A DNA stretch of 35,106 bases from a virus. Both the position numbers and the translations under genes were made by a program. Each line of letters begins with the position of its first letter. Position 1 is the first letter of the stretch. The stretch is taken from the IMG/VR virus record IMGVR_UViG_3300027909_000015; one strand, given 5' to 3'. Below the pieces are notes generated by a model. The model did not search any database, was not told the DNA's origin, and saw only the letters and a list, made by a program, of their open reading frames with translations. Of the stretch, positions 7,134 through 14,611 are shown in pieces.

Positions 7134-7666
7134 GCCGTCGGCCCAACGATGCGTATTACACGCCCGATGCGGACTTGGCGCTCGCCGCGCTGTTCAATCG
7201 GGTGCGGATCGGCGGGGCGGTGATGGAGCCCTGCGCTGGTGATGGGGCGCTGGCGACTCCGCTCCGCGCCCGCCTACGGGGGAAAGGGATATTCGAGAAC
7301 GACATCGCGCGGGGCGGTGAAGATGCGCGCACCATGCGGCTAGAAAACGTGGCGTGGGTGATTACCAATCCGCCGTTCTCGCAAGCGTTCGCCATCGCAC
7401 AGAACCTCTTGCCACAAGTCGATTATGGGATGGCGCTACTGCTACGCCTCTCGTTCTTGGAGCCGACATTCGACCGCGCCGCGTGGCTCGCGGAGAATCC
7501 CCCGAAAGCCCTGATCGTCTTGCCACGGATGTCATTCACGGGAAACGGAAAGGGCGATAGCGTGACTTGTGCGTGGATGATCTGGAGTCGCTACATCGAA
7601 CGCCAATTGATCGCCATCGCGAGCGAGAACAAGCGACCACGGAAACGTCAGGGGGTGACCCCGTGA
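7130..7666 (+). CDS. Orphan DNA N6-adenine methyltransferase, 178 aa
   Basis: In the frame of track ORF 6776-7666, starting at ATG 7130. It has the AdoMet motif EPCAGDG and the catalytic motif NPPF, with AYYTP near the N-terminus. There is no adjacent restriction gene. Confidence 0.75.
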   Translation: MSRRPNDAYYTPDADLALAALFNRVRIGGAVMEPCAGDGALATPLRARLRGKGIFENDIARGGEDARTMRLENVAWVITNPPFSQAFAIAQNLLPQVDYGMALLLRLSFLEPTFDRAAWLAENPPKALIVLPRMSFTGNGKGDSVTCAWMIWSRYIERQLIAIASENKRPRKRQGVTP

Positions 7667-7685
7667 CGGCTCCCGGCGAACCCCG

Positions 7686-8005
7686 ATGAGCAAGCGCCCG
7701 AAGTGGCTGGATACCGTGCGTGTGGGCGACGTTCTCGAAAGCCCCATGGCGTGCTCCGCGTGGTGCGCGACGTGCATCGGTACGAGTCGAAGGTCTATCT
7801 CAAGTTCGCGATTCGGCATTGCTCGTGGACGACGCGCCCGTACACCGTGTACTACAGCGGCGACCAGTATTTGCATCGGCTGCGCCCCACGGGGAAGCGC
7901 AAGCAACTTGGGAATCGAATCGACAAGATGCTCGCCGCGTCCTTCGTGGCGCGCACCGCCGCTGACTGTCCGTTGCGGTGTCACCAAGTCAGGGGGATTG
8001 CGTGA
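7686..8005 (+). CDS. Hypothetical protein interrupted by an apparent -1 frameshift at the C4 run 7742-7745
   Basis: Frame 0 reads MSKRPKWLDTVRVGDVLESP and then turns to junk. Frame -1 continues sensibly as HGVLRVVRDVHRYESKVYLKFAIRHCSWTTRPYTVYYSG... to the TGA at 8005 (track ORF 7703-8005). Confidence 0.4.
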
Positions 8006-8400
8006 CTCCCGGCGAACGGCTCACCCCCCAACAGATGGGCGAGGAGTGGAAGCTGCGGGCGCGGATTCTAGAGCAACTTGTCGCGTCGGACGCACATGCT
8101 GTGGAGGCCACAGTCGATCGGGTGCTGGCCGCGTGGCAAGCCGACCGAGAAGCGCTGGAACGGGAACTGACGGCGGGCGATGCGGTGGCGATAAAAACCG
8201 CCGAGCAAGTCTGGGAGCAAGCGCACGCACAGTACGGGCCGCTGCTGCTCCGTGCGACCGTCGCCTTGCGAGAATCCACGCGCCAGATGATTGCCGCCGC
8301 GAAATCCGACTACACGGGCGCCGACGATTATCACGAAGCGCTGCGCGACGCCGAAATTGTATTGGCCGAGCTAGACGCGGCCCAAGGAGAGACCAAGTGA
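8002..8400 (+). CDS. Hypothetical helical protein, 132 aa
   Basis: In the frame of track ORF 7978-8400. GTG 8002 forms a GTGA overlap and is preceded by GGGGGA. The protein ends ..AAQGETK. Confidence 0.6.
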   Translation: MTPGERLTPQQMGEEWKLRARILEQLVASDAHAVEATVDRVLAAWQADREALERELTAGDAVAIKTAEQVWEQAHAQYGPLLLRATVALRESTRQMIAAAKSDYTGADDYHEALRDAEIVLAELDAAQGETK

Positions 8401-8648
8401 ACCACGACTACACGCGCCTGAACGCGCACAGCGTCCAAGACCCGAACCAGCATACGAACTACGACATCGGCGCGACCAATGCGTCGCCGTTCTCATATGC
8501 GGGATGCCCGTACTGCTCAAGCCCCGGCCAGCAGATTTACCACGGCGGAACGTGCCCCCGTATCAAGGCCATCGAGTACCACCCGTGGGGCGGCATCAAG
8601 CGCATCGAGTTTCACGACGTGGGGGCGGCCCAAGGAGAGACCAAGTGA
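8397..8648 (+). CDS. Small Cys-containing protein, 83 aa
   Basis: GTG 8397 follows AAGGAGAG within the junction repeat. The sequence is MNHDYTRLNAHSVQDP...GCPYCSSPGQQIYHGGTCPRIK...AAQGETK. Confidence 0.6.
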   Translation: MNHDYTRLNAHSVQDPNQHTNYDIGATNASPFSYAGCPYCSSPGQQIYHGGTCPRIKAIEYHPWGGIKRIEFHDVGAAQGETK

Positions 8649-8947
8649 AACTGACGCTAGGCGGAGATTCACGGGCGCTCCCCAACGACGGCTCGTGGGG
8701 GCTCGGCATCTGGTACTTCGGCTGGGACGAGTCGGCTATCGACCTGAATCTCGGCTACCGCTGCGTGAGCCTGTCGTGGCGGCGTAATCGCCCCGCGCCC
8801 CGTTCCTGGGTCGCCCGCCTTCATCGGTGGCTCAATGACCCGACGTGGGGATTCGGAATCTTCCGCGACCCTGACCGCGTGTGGGCCGTGAGTTTCGGGC
8901 CGTGGATGCACGAGTTTGGGGCGGCCCAAGGAGAGGGGAACCAATGA
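8645..8947 (+). CDS. Trp-rich hypothetical protein, 100 aa
   Basis: GTG 8645 follows the second junction repeat. The sequence is MKLTLGGDSRALPNDGSWGLGIWYFGWDES...AAQGEGNQ. Confidence 0.6.
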   Translation: MKLTLGGDSRALPNDGSWGLGIWYFGWDESAIDLNLGYRCVSLSWRRNRPAPRSWVARLHRWLNDPTWGFGIFRDPDRVWAVSFGPWMHEFGAAQGEGNQ

Positions 8948-9216
8948 AGCCCAAGAAAAAGCGCACGTTCGTTCGGCGGTCGCTTGGGAAGCATATCAGC
9001 CTAGCCAAGCGCGACGCGGTGATTGCCGAGCTAGTGGCTACCGTCGTGGCGGGCGCTCCGTGGGCATCGCAGCGCTGCGGCGACTACGACATTCACGTGA
9101 GCCGCGACGAGATGGGCAGCATCGAAGTCCACGATTCTAAGCCGTACCGCTTCGGATACTTCCACCCGTCCTTCGAGCGCGTGGACGGCAACGCTGTGTT
9201 CGAGGTATCCCGGTGA
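8944..9216 (+). CDS. Hypothetical protein, 90 aa
   Basis: ATG 8944 follows the third junction repeat. It is in the frame of track ORF 8881-9216. Confidence 0.6.
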   Translation: MKPKKKRTFVRRSLGKHISLAKRDAVIAELVATVVAGAPWASQRCGDYDIHVSRDEMGSIEVHDSKPYRFGYFHPSFERVDGNAVFEVSR

Positions 9217-9587
9217 GCGCCCCCGACGTGAGCCCCCCGGAGCAGTTGGCGCAACTCGTCGGCGTGCGGAGCGAACTGGCGACGGCGCTCGCAACGGCGC
9301 TGCACGAGGCCCGTTCCAATCCCACGGGCTACCCGCTTCGACAAGCCATCGAGGGGGCGCTGACCGAACTTGCGGCGCTGCAAAAACTGGCGAAATCGTG
9401 GCGGGTGGAGAGCGCCCCACCAGCAGGGCCGAGCGCCGAAACACTTGCGAACTGGATTCTCAACGTGCCCGACGTACAAGTCTGGTACGGCGAGACATCC
9501 CACGGGCCGCACCCCGCGCGCTGGCTAGCCGATTATCTGGCAACGAAGTTAGGGGTGTCCTCCCCAGAACCGGAAGGGAACCGATGA
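9213..9587 (+). CDS. Hypothetical protein, 124 aa
   Basis: Track ORF with a GTGA overlap. Confidence 0.6.
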   Translation: MSAPDVSPPEQLAQLVGVRSELATALATALHEARSNPTGYPLRQAIEGALTELAALQKLAKSWRVESAPPAGPSAETLANWILNVPDVQVWYGETSHGPHPARWLADYLATKLGVSSPEPEGNR

Positions 9588-10168
9588 TCGGGGTTTTCAT
9601 TTCCGTGGACGACCGCCCCCACAAGCTCCCGATGGGCTGGGTGATCCAAGAGAATGGCTGTTGGGATTGGGTGGGCACCAAGAATAGTCGCGGATACGGC
9701 ACCATGTGGGATTCTGGTATGCCGGGGCGCAGAATCGGGGCGCATCGTGTCGGCTACGAGCGGGTCAAGGGACCGATCCCGGCTGGCCTGACGATCGACC
9801 ATCTGTGCAGGAATCCGTCCTGCGGCAATCCTGACCACCTAGAAGCCGTGACGCTGATGGAGAACATCCGACGCGGCAATTGGCCTCGCGCTGGGCCCGG
9901 GCAGCGAACGCACTGCAACTATGGGCATCCGTTGTCGGGGGACAACCTGTACGTGGAGACTAGTCGGGCGCATCCCTATAAGTCGCGCCGGTGCAGAATC
10001 TGCCAACGGGCCAACGGAAAAAAGAAACGCTCTAAGAGGCGACCGTATTTCGTTGCGCGCTGTGACTGCGGGTGGCGCGGTCGCCGGTGGGTAGGATTAG
10101 GTAGTCCCTGTCCGAAATGCGGCAAGAAACCGCACGCCTATTCCCCGACACCAAGGAGCGCTCGATGA
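9584..10168 (+). CDS. HNH endonuclease (HNH_3-type), paralogue 1, 194 aa
   Basis: In the frame of track ORF 9398-10168, starting at ATG 9584. It carries GCWDWVG...GYG...AHRVGYE...IDHLCRNPSCGNPDHLEAVT..EN plus C-terminal Cys pairs. Confidence 0.8.
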   Translation: MIGVFISVDDRPHKLPMGWVIQENGCWDWVGTKNSRGYGTMWDSGMPGRRIGAHRVGYERVKGPIPAGLTIDHLCRNPSCGNPDHLEAVTLMENIRRGNWPRAGPGQRTHCNYGHPLSGDNLYVETSRAHPYKSRRCRICQRANGKKKRSKRRPYFVARCDCGWRGRRWVGLGSPCPKCGKKPHAYSPTPRSAR

Positions 10169-10359
10169 GTGACGAGACAGAAGGCCCATCTCTCGGGGCT
10201 CCCCGAGCACCAGAAGAACGCCGCAAGAAGTCGCGCCGGAAGTCCTCGGGGCGGCGAGTTGCTGATGTGCCGGGGCGTCGTGTGGAGCGCCGCCGTGAAG
10301 CGGACGACCGTTTACCCGAGTGGCCGAAGCCGAAAGGACATCACAAAGATGGACGCTGA
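10165..10359 (+). CDS. Highly basic small protein, 64 aa
   Basis: In the frame of track ORF 10117-10359. ATG 10165 forms an ATGA overlap with the HNH stop. Confidence 0.45.
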   Translation: MSDETEGPSLGAPRAPEERRKKSRRKSSGRRVADVPGRRVERRREADDRLPEWPKPKGHHKDGR

Positions 10360-10774
10360 CGGAATGGATTCTGTGACGCAGCCGTCTAGTGGGGAGCCCG
10401 AAGGCCGGGACGCGCCGCCCCCGGATGACTTTCGGACGTGGGCAGAAGCACTCGTGCGCCACCTTCGCGTGAGCGCCGACAACGCCACCAGCAGGCAGCA
10501 CGAAGGCGATTGCCGCGCCGCGATCGAAGTGATCGAGCGACTACTGGCGCGGGGCTCGTCTCAGGCGGGCAGCGCCCCAATGCGAGTAACGGATGAAATG
10601 GTGGAGGCGTATGAGCGGGCATTGTGGGGCGCCACCTGGGACAAAATCCCCGACGACGATACCGACGAATGGGCAGGACGGAAACGTCGCCGCGCGGATG
10701 GCCGCGAATTGCTGGAGAAAATGTTCGGCGTGTTGGGGGCGGACAGCGCCGGAAGCCCAGGAGACAAAAAGTGA
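10349..10774 (+). CDS. Hypothetical protein, 141 aa
   Basis: In the frame of track ORF 10169-10774, starting at ATG 10349. Confidence 0.55.
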   Translation: MDADGMDSVTQPSSGEPEGRDAPPPDDFRTWAEALVRHLRVSADNATSRQHEGDCRAAIEVIERLLARGSSQAGSAPMRVTDEMVEAYERALWGATWDKIPDDDTDEWAGRKRRRADGRELLEKMFGVLGADSAGSPGDKK

Positions 10775-11202
10775 TCGGCGTATTTATCCCCGTTGACGAT
10801 AAGCCGCACCGGCTCCCGCAAGGCTGGGTGATCCAGGAGAACGGCTGCTGGGATTGGGTGGGCGCACTCAGCCCTGAGGGCTACGCCACTGGTCGCGCTC
10901 ATCGCGTCAGCTACGAGCGATTCGTCGGCCCCATTCCAGATGGCTTGACGATAGACCACCTGTGTCGGAACCGCCGCTGTGGGAATCCCGACCATATGGA
11001 GGCCGTAACGAATCGGGTGAACGTCCTGCGCGGGATCGGGCCTACCGCACGGCACGCGAGGCAAACCCATTGCAAGTACGGGCATCCATTCTCCCCGGAG
11101 AACACCTATTGGCGCACCAACGGTGCACGGCGGTGTCGCCATTGCCAGCGGGTCTACCTGAAAGAATACAAGTTGACTTGGCGGAAAGGGGTAACGACAT
11201 GA
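10771..11202 (+). CDS. HNH endonuclease (HNH_3-type), paralogue 2, 143 aa
   Basis: GTG 10771 forms a GTGA overlap. The sequence VIGVFIPVDDKPHRLPQGWVIQENGCWDWVG...IDHLCRNRRCGNPDHMEAVT aligns along its length with 9584-10168. Confidence 0.8.
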   Translation: MIGVFIPVDDKPHRLPQGWVIQENGCWDWVGALSPEGYATGRAHRVSYERFVGPIPDGLTIDHLCRNRRCGNPDHMEAVTNRVNVLRGIGPTARHARQTHCKYGHPFSPENTYWRTNGARRCRHCQRVYLKEYKLTWRKGVTT

Positions 11203-11387
11203 GTGCTGCGGAACTAGCTCCAGAGCCTCGTAGCGGCGACAATCTCAATACCCGTTGCCCGTGCTGCAACGCGCCCGCGAATATGTATCTCGATGGCGTG
11301 CCCCGCGAGTCGTTCGTGGGCCACTTCAATCACGCCGTCGTGACGTATCGGTGGGCCGCCTCCCCGTCGAGCGGGGAACCCCGATGA
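11199..11387 (+). CDS. Hypothetical CPCC protein, 62 aa
   Basis: ATG 11199 forms an ATGA overlap. It is in the frame of track ORF 10962-11387. Confidence 0.55.
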   Translation: MSAAELAPEPRSGDNLNTRCPCCNAPANMYLDGVPRESFVGHFNHAVVTYRWAASPSSGEPR

Positions 11388-11749
11388 GTGCAGACCAGAC
11401 GCCGCGCCAGAATCGTATCGAGAAGGTGGCCCGCTACCTCTGGGACGAAGCGCGGCGCGAGTTCGCCACGGGCGGCTCGATGCCTCCGTCCCTGAACTAC
11501 GCCGACGGCCAGCAAGAGCCGATGCCGTGGAAACATCAGGACGCGAAGCTGCACGCCTACTTCCTGCGCCGCGCCCGCCGCTTGATTCGAGTGGTGCGTG
11601 GGGGTTCGAGCGGGGAAGGACGAGCCCCGGAACCGTTCGATTTCCACGGCACGCTCAAGGCGATGGTCGCGCCCCAGAACGCCTTCGTGGATGCCTACGA
11701 AGCCATTTCGGATGTGCCGCTGAATCTGCGGGCGCTGGTCGCAACGTAA
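11384..11749 (+). CDS. Hypothetical protein, 121 aa
   Basis: ATG 11384 forms an ATGA overlap. It is in the frame of track ORF 11255-11749. Confidence 0.6.
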   Translation: MSADQTPRQNRIEKVARYLWDEARREFATGGSMPPSLNYADGQQEPMPWKHQDAKLHAYFLRRARRLIRVVRGGSSGEGRAPEPFDFHGTLKAMVAPQNAFVDAYEAISDVPLNLRALVAT

Positions 11750-11985
11750 CGGGTGACTGGGCGCGTACCTCGACCGGGGCGCGTCAGCAATGCGAGTGGT
11801 TCCCTGGATCGCACCTAGGACCATCTTCGGCCCGTGAACGCAGCCACACTGGCAAGAACCGGCCCTCGGAAGCCGGGCGGCAACTATCTCGCGGGCCGCT
11901 TCATGTGGTCCCGCAGACCCCACGGGTTGGACGTAGGAATGCTTGAGCGTGGGGTCTATTGTGCGGTGGGGGACTCTCGCTCCCC

Positions 11986-12164
11986 ATGAGCGCCCCAACA
12001 CGCAAAATTAAGCGTTCAACGCCTCAGGGACGTGTCCCGGGGCGCTGCGAAGAGTGCGCGGGGGGCGCTTCCCACCGGGGAAGGGCGGGAGCGCGAAGCG
12101 GTTTTGCGGCCCGAAATGCCGGTGGCTGGCGTGGGCCAAGCGGCGGTTTGGGCGGCCAGCCTAA
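11986..12164 (+). pseudogene. Small CxxC...FCxxxCR zinc-ribbon gene split by a 1-nt frame change at the G6 run 12060-12065
   Basis: Frame 1 reads MSAPTRKIKRSTPQGRVPGRCEECAGG. Frame 0 reads RFPPGKGGSAKRFCGPKCRWLAWAKRRFGRPA and stops at 12162-12164. Joined, they give the common phage/actinobacterial motif C..C...F.P......FC...CR..A...RR. Confidence 0.4.
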
Positions 12165-12354
12165 CCCCCGCACCCAGCGCAAGGCTGATTCCAAGGAATC
12201 CCGCGTCGGGGCGAGCGCCAAGACCTGCCCGAGCTGCGAGTTTTGCTCCGCGTGCCGCCCTGCTAAGAACCCCACCGCATAGAACACGCAGCACCCGAGC
12301 ACGGATAGAATCAACGCCAGCGCGGGGAGGGGATTCGGGACGGGGGCCGGGACA

Positions 12355-12372
12355 GGATGGGCAACCCCATCC
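12355..12372. terminator. GC-rich hairpin GGATGGG-CAAC-CCCATCC in the convergence zone of the two operons
   Basis: A 7-bp perfect stem with a 4-nt loop lies 30 nt downstream of the last minus-strand gene (stop at 12402). There is no U tract. Confidence 0.3.
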
Positions 12373-12401
12373 CGGCGAGGGAATTGCAGCGCGGGGCGCG
12401 T

Positions 12402-12719
12402 TCAGGTGCTCCGCTTGAGCATCGCCAGCAACTCGGCGGCGATTACGGTGCCCAAGGTCGCGGCTGGGGCCGCCCCGAGTCCCGAGATATCGACCCCGCT
12501 ACTCGCATGAGCCGCCACCCACGGCGCGGCTAACGCCCCCACCAACGTGATGGCGGGCTGAATCTTCCGAAAGAACGGGCTCTTGGCAATCGCAAAGTCC
12601 GTCTTCTTGACCTGCGCCAAGACGAAGGACGTGCCCAAGGCCCCGACTCCGGCGAACACCGCCCCCCACGCGGATGCGGTATCGTTGACGACCTGCAACA
12701 GTAGTGCGAGGTAATGCAT
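12402..12719 (-). CDS. Holin-like membrane protein, 105 aa
   Basis: Track ORF with three hydrophobic Ala/Gly-rich segments and a charged C-terminus (LKRST). It lies immediately downstream of the endolysin. Confidence 0.5.
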   Translation of the reverse strand: MHYLALLLQVVNDTASAWGAVFAGVGALGTSFVLAQVKKTDFAIAKSPFFRKIQPAITLVGALAAPWVAAHASSGVDISGLGAAPAATLGTVIAAELLAMLKRST

Positions 12720-12748
12720 ACACCCCCCTTTGGGTTGATCTACGGTAA

Positions 12749-13135
12749 CTAATCGGCGCGAATCAGCAAGCGGCTCCCCCCATTCACCGGGAGGAGTGCG
12801 AGGTGGATGTGAGAGTCCTGCTTGGAGTTAACCAGTTCGAGCTCCACCCCTCTGGCCCCCGCCACTTGGTACACGGCTTTGACAAACCGCCACAGGGCTG
12901 AGGGATTCGTGATCCACTTCAAGTCAAAGGCCCGGCCTTGCAAGTGCCACGAAGTCGGACTAGAACCGGACGCGGCGGCGTTCTCCTCTGCGGTTCTGGC
13001 GTCCGAAGTCACGACGAGGGGCTGGCCGTAGGCCGCCCGCACATCATCCAAGAAGTGCGCGGCCTCGGCCTCCAAGAGTTCGGGGTGGCGAAACTCGTCC
13101 AGCCGGAAGTACCGCAGATTAGCCGTGAGGGGCAT
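12749..13135 (-). CDS. Endolysin, peptidase M15 (VanY / L-alanyl-D-glutamate peptidase-like), 128 aa
   Basis: In the frame of track ORF 12749-13174, starting at ATG 13135. It has the zinc-ligand pattern SWHLQGRAFD ... DSHIHLAL and LDEFRHPE near the N-terminus. Confidence 0.8.
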   Translation of the reverse strand: MPLTANLRYFRLDEFRHPELLEAEAAHFLDDVRAAYGQPLVVTSDARTAEENAAASGSSPTSWHLQGRAFDLKWITNPSALWRFVKAVYQVAGARGVELELVNSKQDSHIHLALLPVNGGSRLLIRAD

Positions 13136-13448
13136 CCGGGGCTTTCTCTTTGATGACGGCTTCCAACTTCTCAACCAACTGCTCGGGATCGAAGGGCTTG
13201 TAGAGATCGGGCTGCTCGCTCGGGTCCCCGGAGATCACGATAAAGGGCACCCCCGGATAGAGTTCCCGCAAATGCCTGCCGTCCCCATTCGGGAGCCGGA
13301 TATCCGCCACCACCACATCAAACGGCCCCGGCTGCGCCTTCGCCTCTTGGAGCGAGTTCGCCGTCAAGACCTGCCAGCCCTTCTTTGACAACACCCGTTG
13401 GGCCAAGACCGTGATAATAGGCTCGTCATCCACGATCAGGATGTTCAC
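13119..13448 (-). CDS. Stand-alone response-regulator receiver (CheY-like REC) domain protein, 109 aa
   Basis: Track ORF MNILIVDDEP...FDVVVADIRLPNGDG...FIVISG...YKPF. It has the acidic pair D7/D8, phospho-acceptor D49, S73 and K84-P-F. There is no output domain. The GTG start forms a GTGA overlap. Confidence 0.8.
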   Translation of the reverse strand: MNILIVDDEPIITVLAQRVLSKKGWQVLTANSLQEAKAQPGPFDVVVADIRLPNGDGRHLRELYPGVPFIVISGDPSEQPDLYKPFDPEQLVEKLEAVIKEKAPDAPHG

Positions 13449-13822
13449 TTGGCGTCCTTCCGCTTGGGGCGATCGGATTGCTGGAAGAAATAGGCCGTCA
13501 AGCGGTTCTCCACCGTCTTCTCGATCTTCGTCTCCAAGTCTCGCGTCATCTGATAGAACCCTTCCGTCATCTTCAAATCAACATGATGACGCAGGTCCCG
13601 CGTTTGGGTGTCCGCATGTTCCTTGAGGTCCCGCTTCAAGGTATCGACATACTCCTTGAGGGCGACGGTCTGGGTCGCGTTCTCCGCCGCGAGGACTTTG
13701 CCGTTCTGGCCCCCGTTCCGTTTCTGGCGCACGAAGTAGTCGTAGAGCACCATCGCGAGAATCGCCCCCGCCGGGGAGGTGGCGAAGTATTCCAGAATCT
13801 TGAGGAAGGTTTCCGTGGTCAT
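13445..13822 (-). CDS. N-terminally anchored coiled-coil membrane protein, 125 aa
   Basis: In the frame of track ORF 13445-14290, starting at ATG 13822 (ATGA overlap). The TM segment is SPAGAILAMVLYDYFV, followed by a charged heptad-like region (LKEYVDTLKRDLKEHADTQTRDLRHHVDLK). Confidence 0.55.
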   Translation of the reverse strand: MTTETFLKILEYFATSPAGAILAMVLYDYFVRQKRNGGQNGKVLAAENATQTVALKEYVDTLKRDLKEHADTQTRDLRHHVDLKMTEGFYQMTRDLETKIEKTVENRLTAYFFQQSDRPKRKDAK

Positions 13823-14340
13823 GCCTTCCAGCTCGCCCAGCAAAAGAGGCCGAGACTCGTGGCGCGCACCGATTGGTAAGTGAGCCACGAGCCCAAGCCG
13901 GGGCGGAGACAGTACCCCATCCACGCCACCCACCCGAGGCCAAACGCGACGCCGATGGTCCAACGCAAGGGCACCGTGAGGCTGGGCCACGTCACGGCTA
14001 AGAGTCCGAGCCACGCCACGGTATGCACGAAGATGTCGGGCTTCGTGAGGTCGAGATTCAGGATGGCAAAAAGCGCCGTGAAGGCGAGGACGACGATGAA
14101 CCGCCACGGACGGGGCGCGAGCACCAACGCGAACAGGCTCGCTTGGGCGAACAGATACGGCGGCCCCACGGGGAAGGTACCCTCCCAATGTGACACCCAA
14201 TCGGCGACCCACGACACCCCGAACGCAGCAGCGAGCCCCCACCACATCGGGGACGGACGACGGCCCGCCGTCCAGAGTGCGGACAGCCACGCCACCGGCA
14301 CGAGGCCCATCTGGTGAGCGGCCTCGAAGACGGGCCGCAT
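13819..14340 (-). CDS. Polytopic membrane protein (about 6 TM), 173 aa
   Basis: In the frame of track ORF 13819-14391, starting at ATG 14340. It has repeated Trp-rich hydrophobic segments. Confidence 0.6.
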   Translation of the reverse strand: MRPVFEAAHQMGLVPVAWLSALWTAGRRPSPMWWGLAAAFGVSWVADWVSHWEGTFPVGPPYLFAQASLFALVLAPRPWRFIVVLAFTALFAILNLDLTKPDIFVHTVAWLGLLAVTWPSLTVPLRWTIGVAFGLGWVAWMGYCLRPGLGSWLTYQSVRATSLGLFCWASWKA

Positions 14341-14359
14341 CGTCCCTAGGGACACAACT

Positions 14360-14611
14360 CTAGCACTGTGGCGGGCAAGGGTGGGCCTCATTCAAGGGCT
14401 TGAGTCGCGCCGCGTCGGCGGTATCCGCGCCAAGCACTTCCAGCGTCGCCCGTTCATCGAAGGGGCCGTGCACGCGGAATATCCCGTCGGGGGGCGCGGC
14501 CATCATGCGGGCGCGGAGTTCGAGGAATGTGTCCCCGTAAAACGAGAGGTAGCGGATGGGGCCGTGCTTGTCGGACTCGGGCATACGATCCTCCTCAAAC
14601 GGGGGAAACAT
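14360..14611 (-). CDS. Hypothetical protein, 83 aa
   Basis: Track ORF. The ATG directly follows the TAG of the upstream gene. Confidence 0.55.
   Translation of the reverse strand: MFPPFEEDRMPESDKHGPIRYLSFYGDTFLELRARMMAAPPDGIFRVHGPFDERATLEVLGADTADAARLKPLNEAHPCPPQC

Noticed and set aside
7663-7689. An 8-codon mini-ORF (GTG 7663 to TGA 7689) linking the methyltransferase stop to ATG 7686 through GTGA and ATGA overlaps.
   Set aside because: It is too short to distinguish from chance in a genome this rich in GTGA and ATGA strings. It is mentioned only as possible coupling context for the frameshifted gene.
11750-11985. A 236-bp gap after the last plus-strand gene, examined for an attP core, a tRNA, iterons or an origin.
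   Set aside because: I found no repeats, tRNA-like arms or AT-rich stretch, only short GC hairpins such as CCGGC-CCTCGGAA-GCCGG. With no integrase in the genome there is no basis for a call.
12024-12314. A minus-strand ORF with a TTG start beginning MILSVLGCCVFYAVGFLAG, considered as a possible spanin or small membrane protein after the holin-like gene.
   Set aside because: Only the first roughly 20 residues look protein-like. The rest is Pro/Arg/Ala-rich and lies antisense to the better-supported zinc-ribbon reading on the plus strand. The VLGC lipobox-like site is too close to the N-terminus. It was left unannotated.
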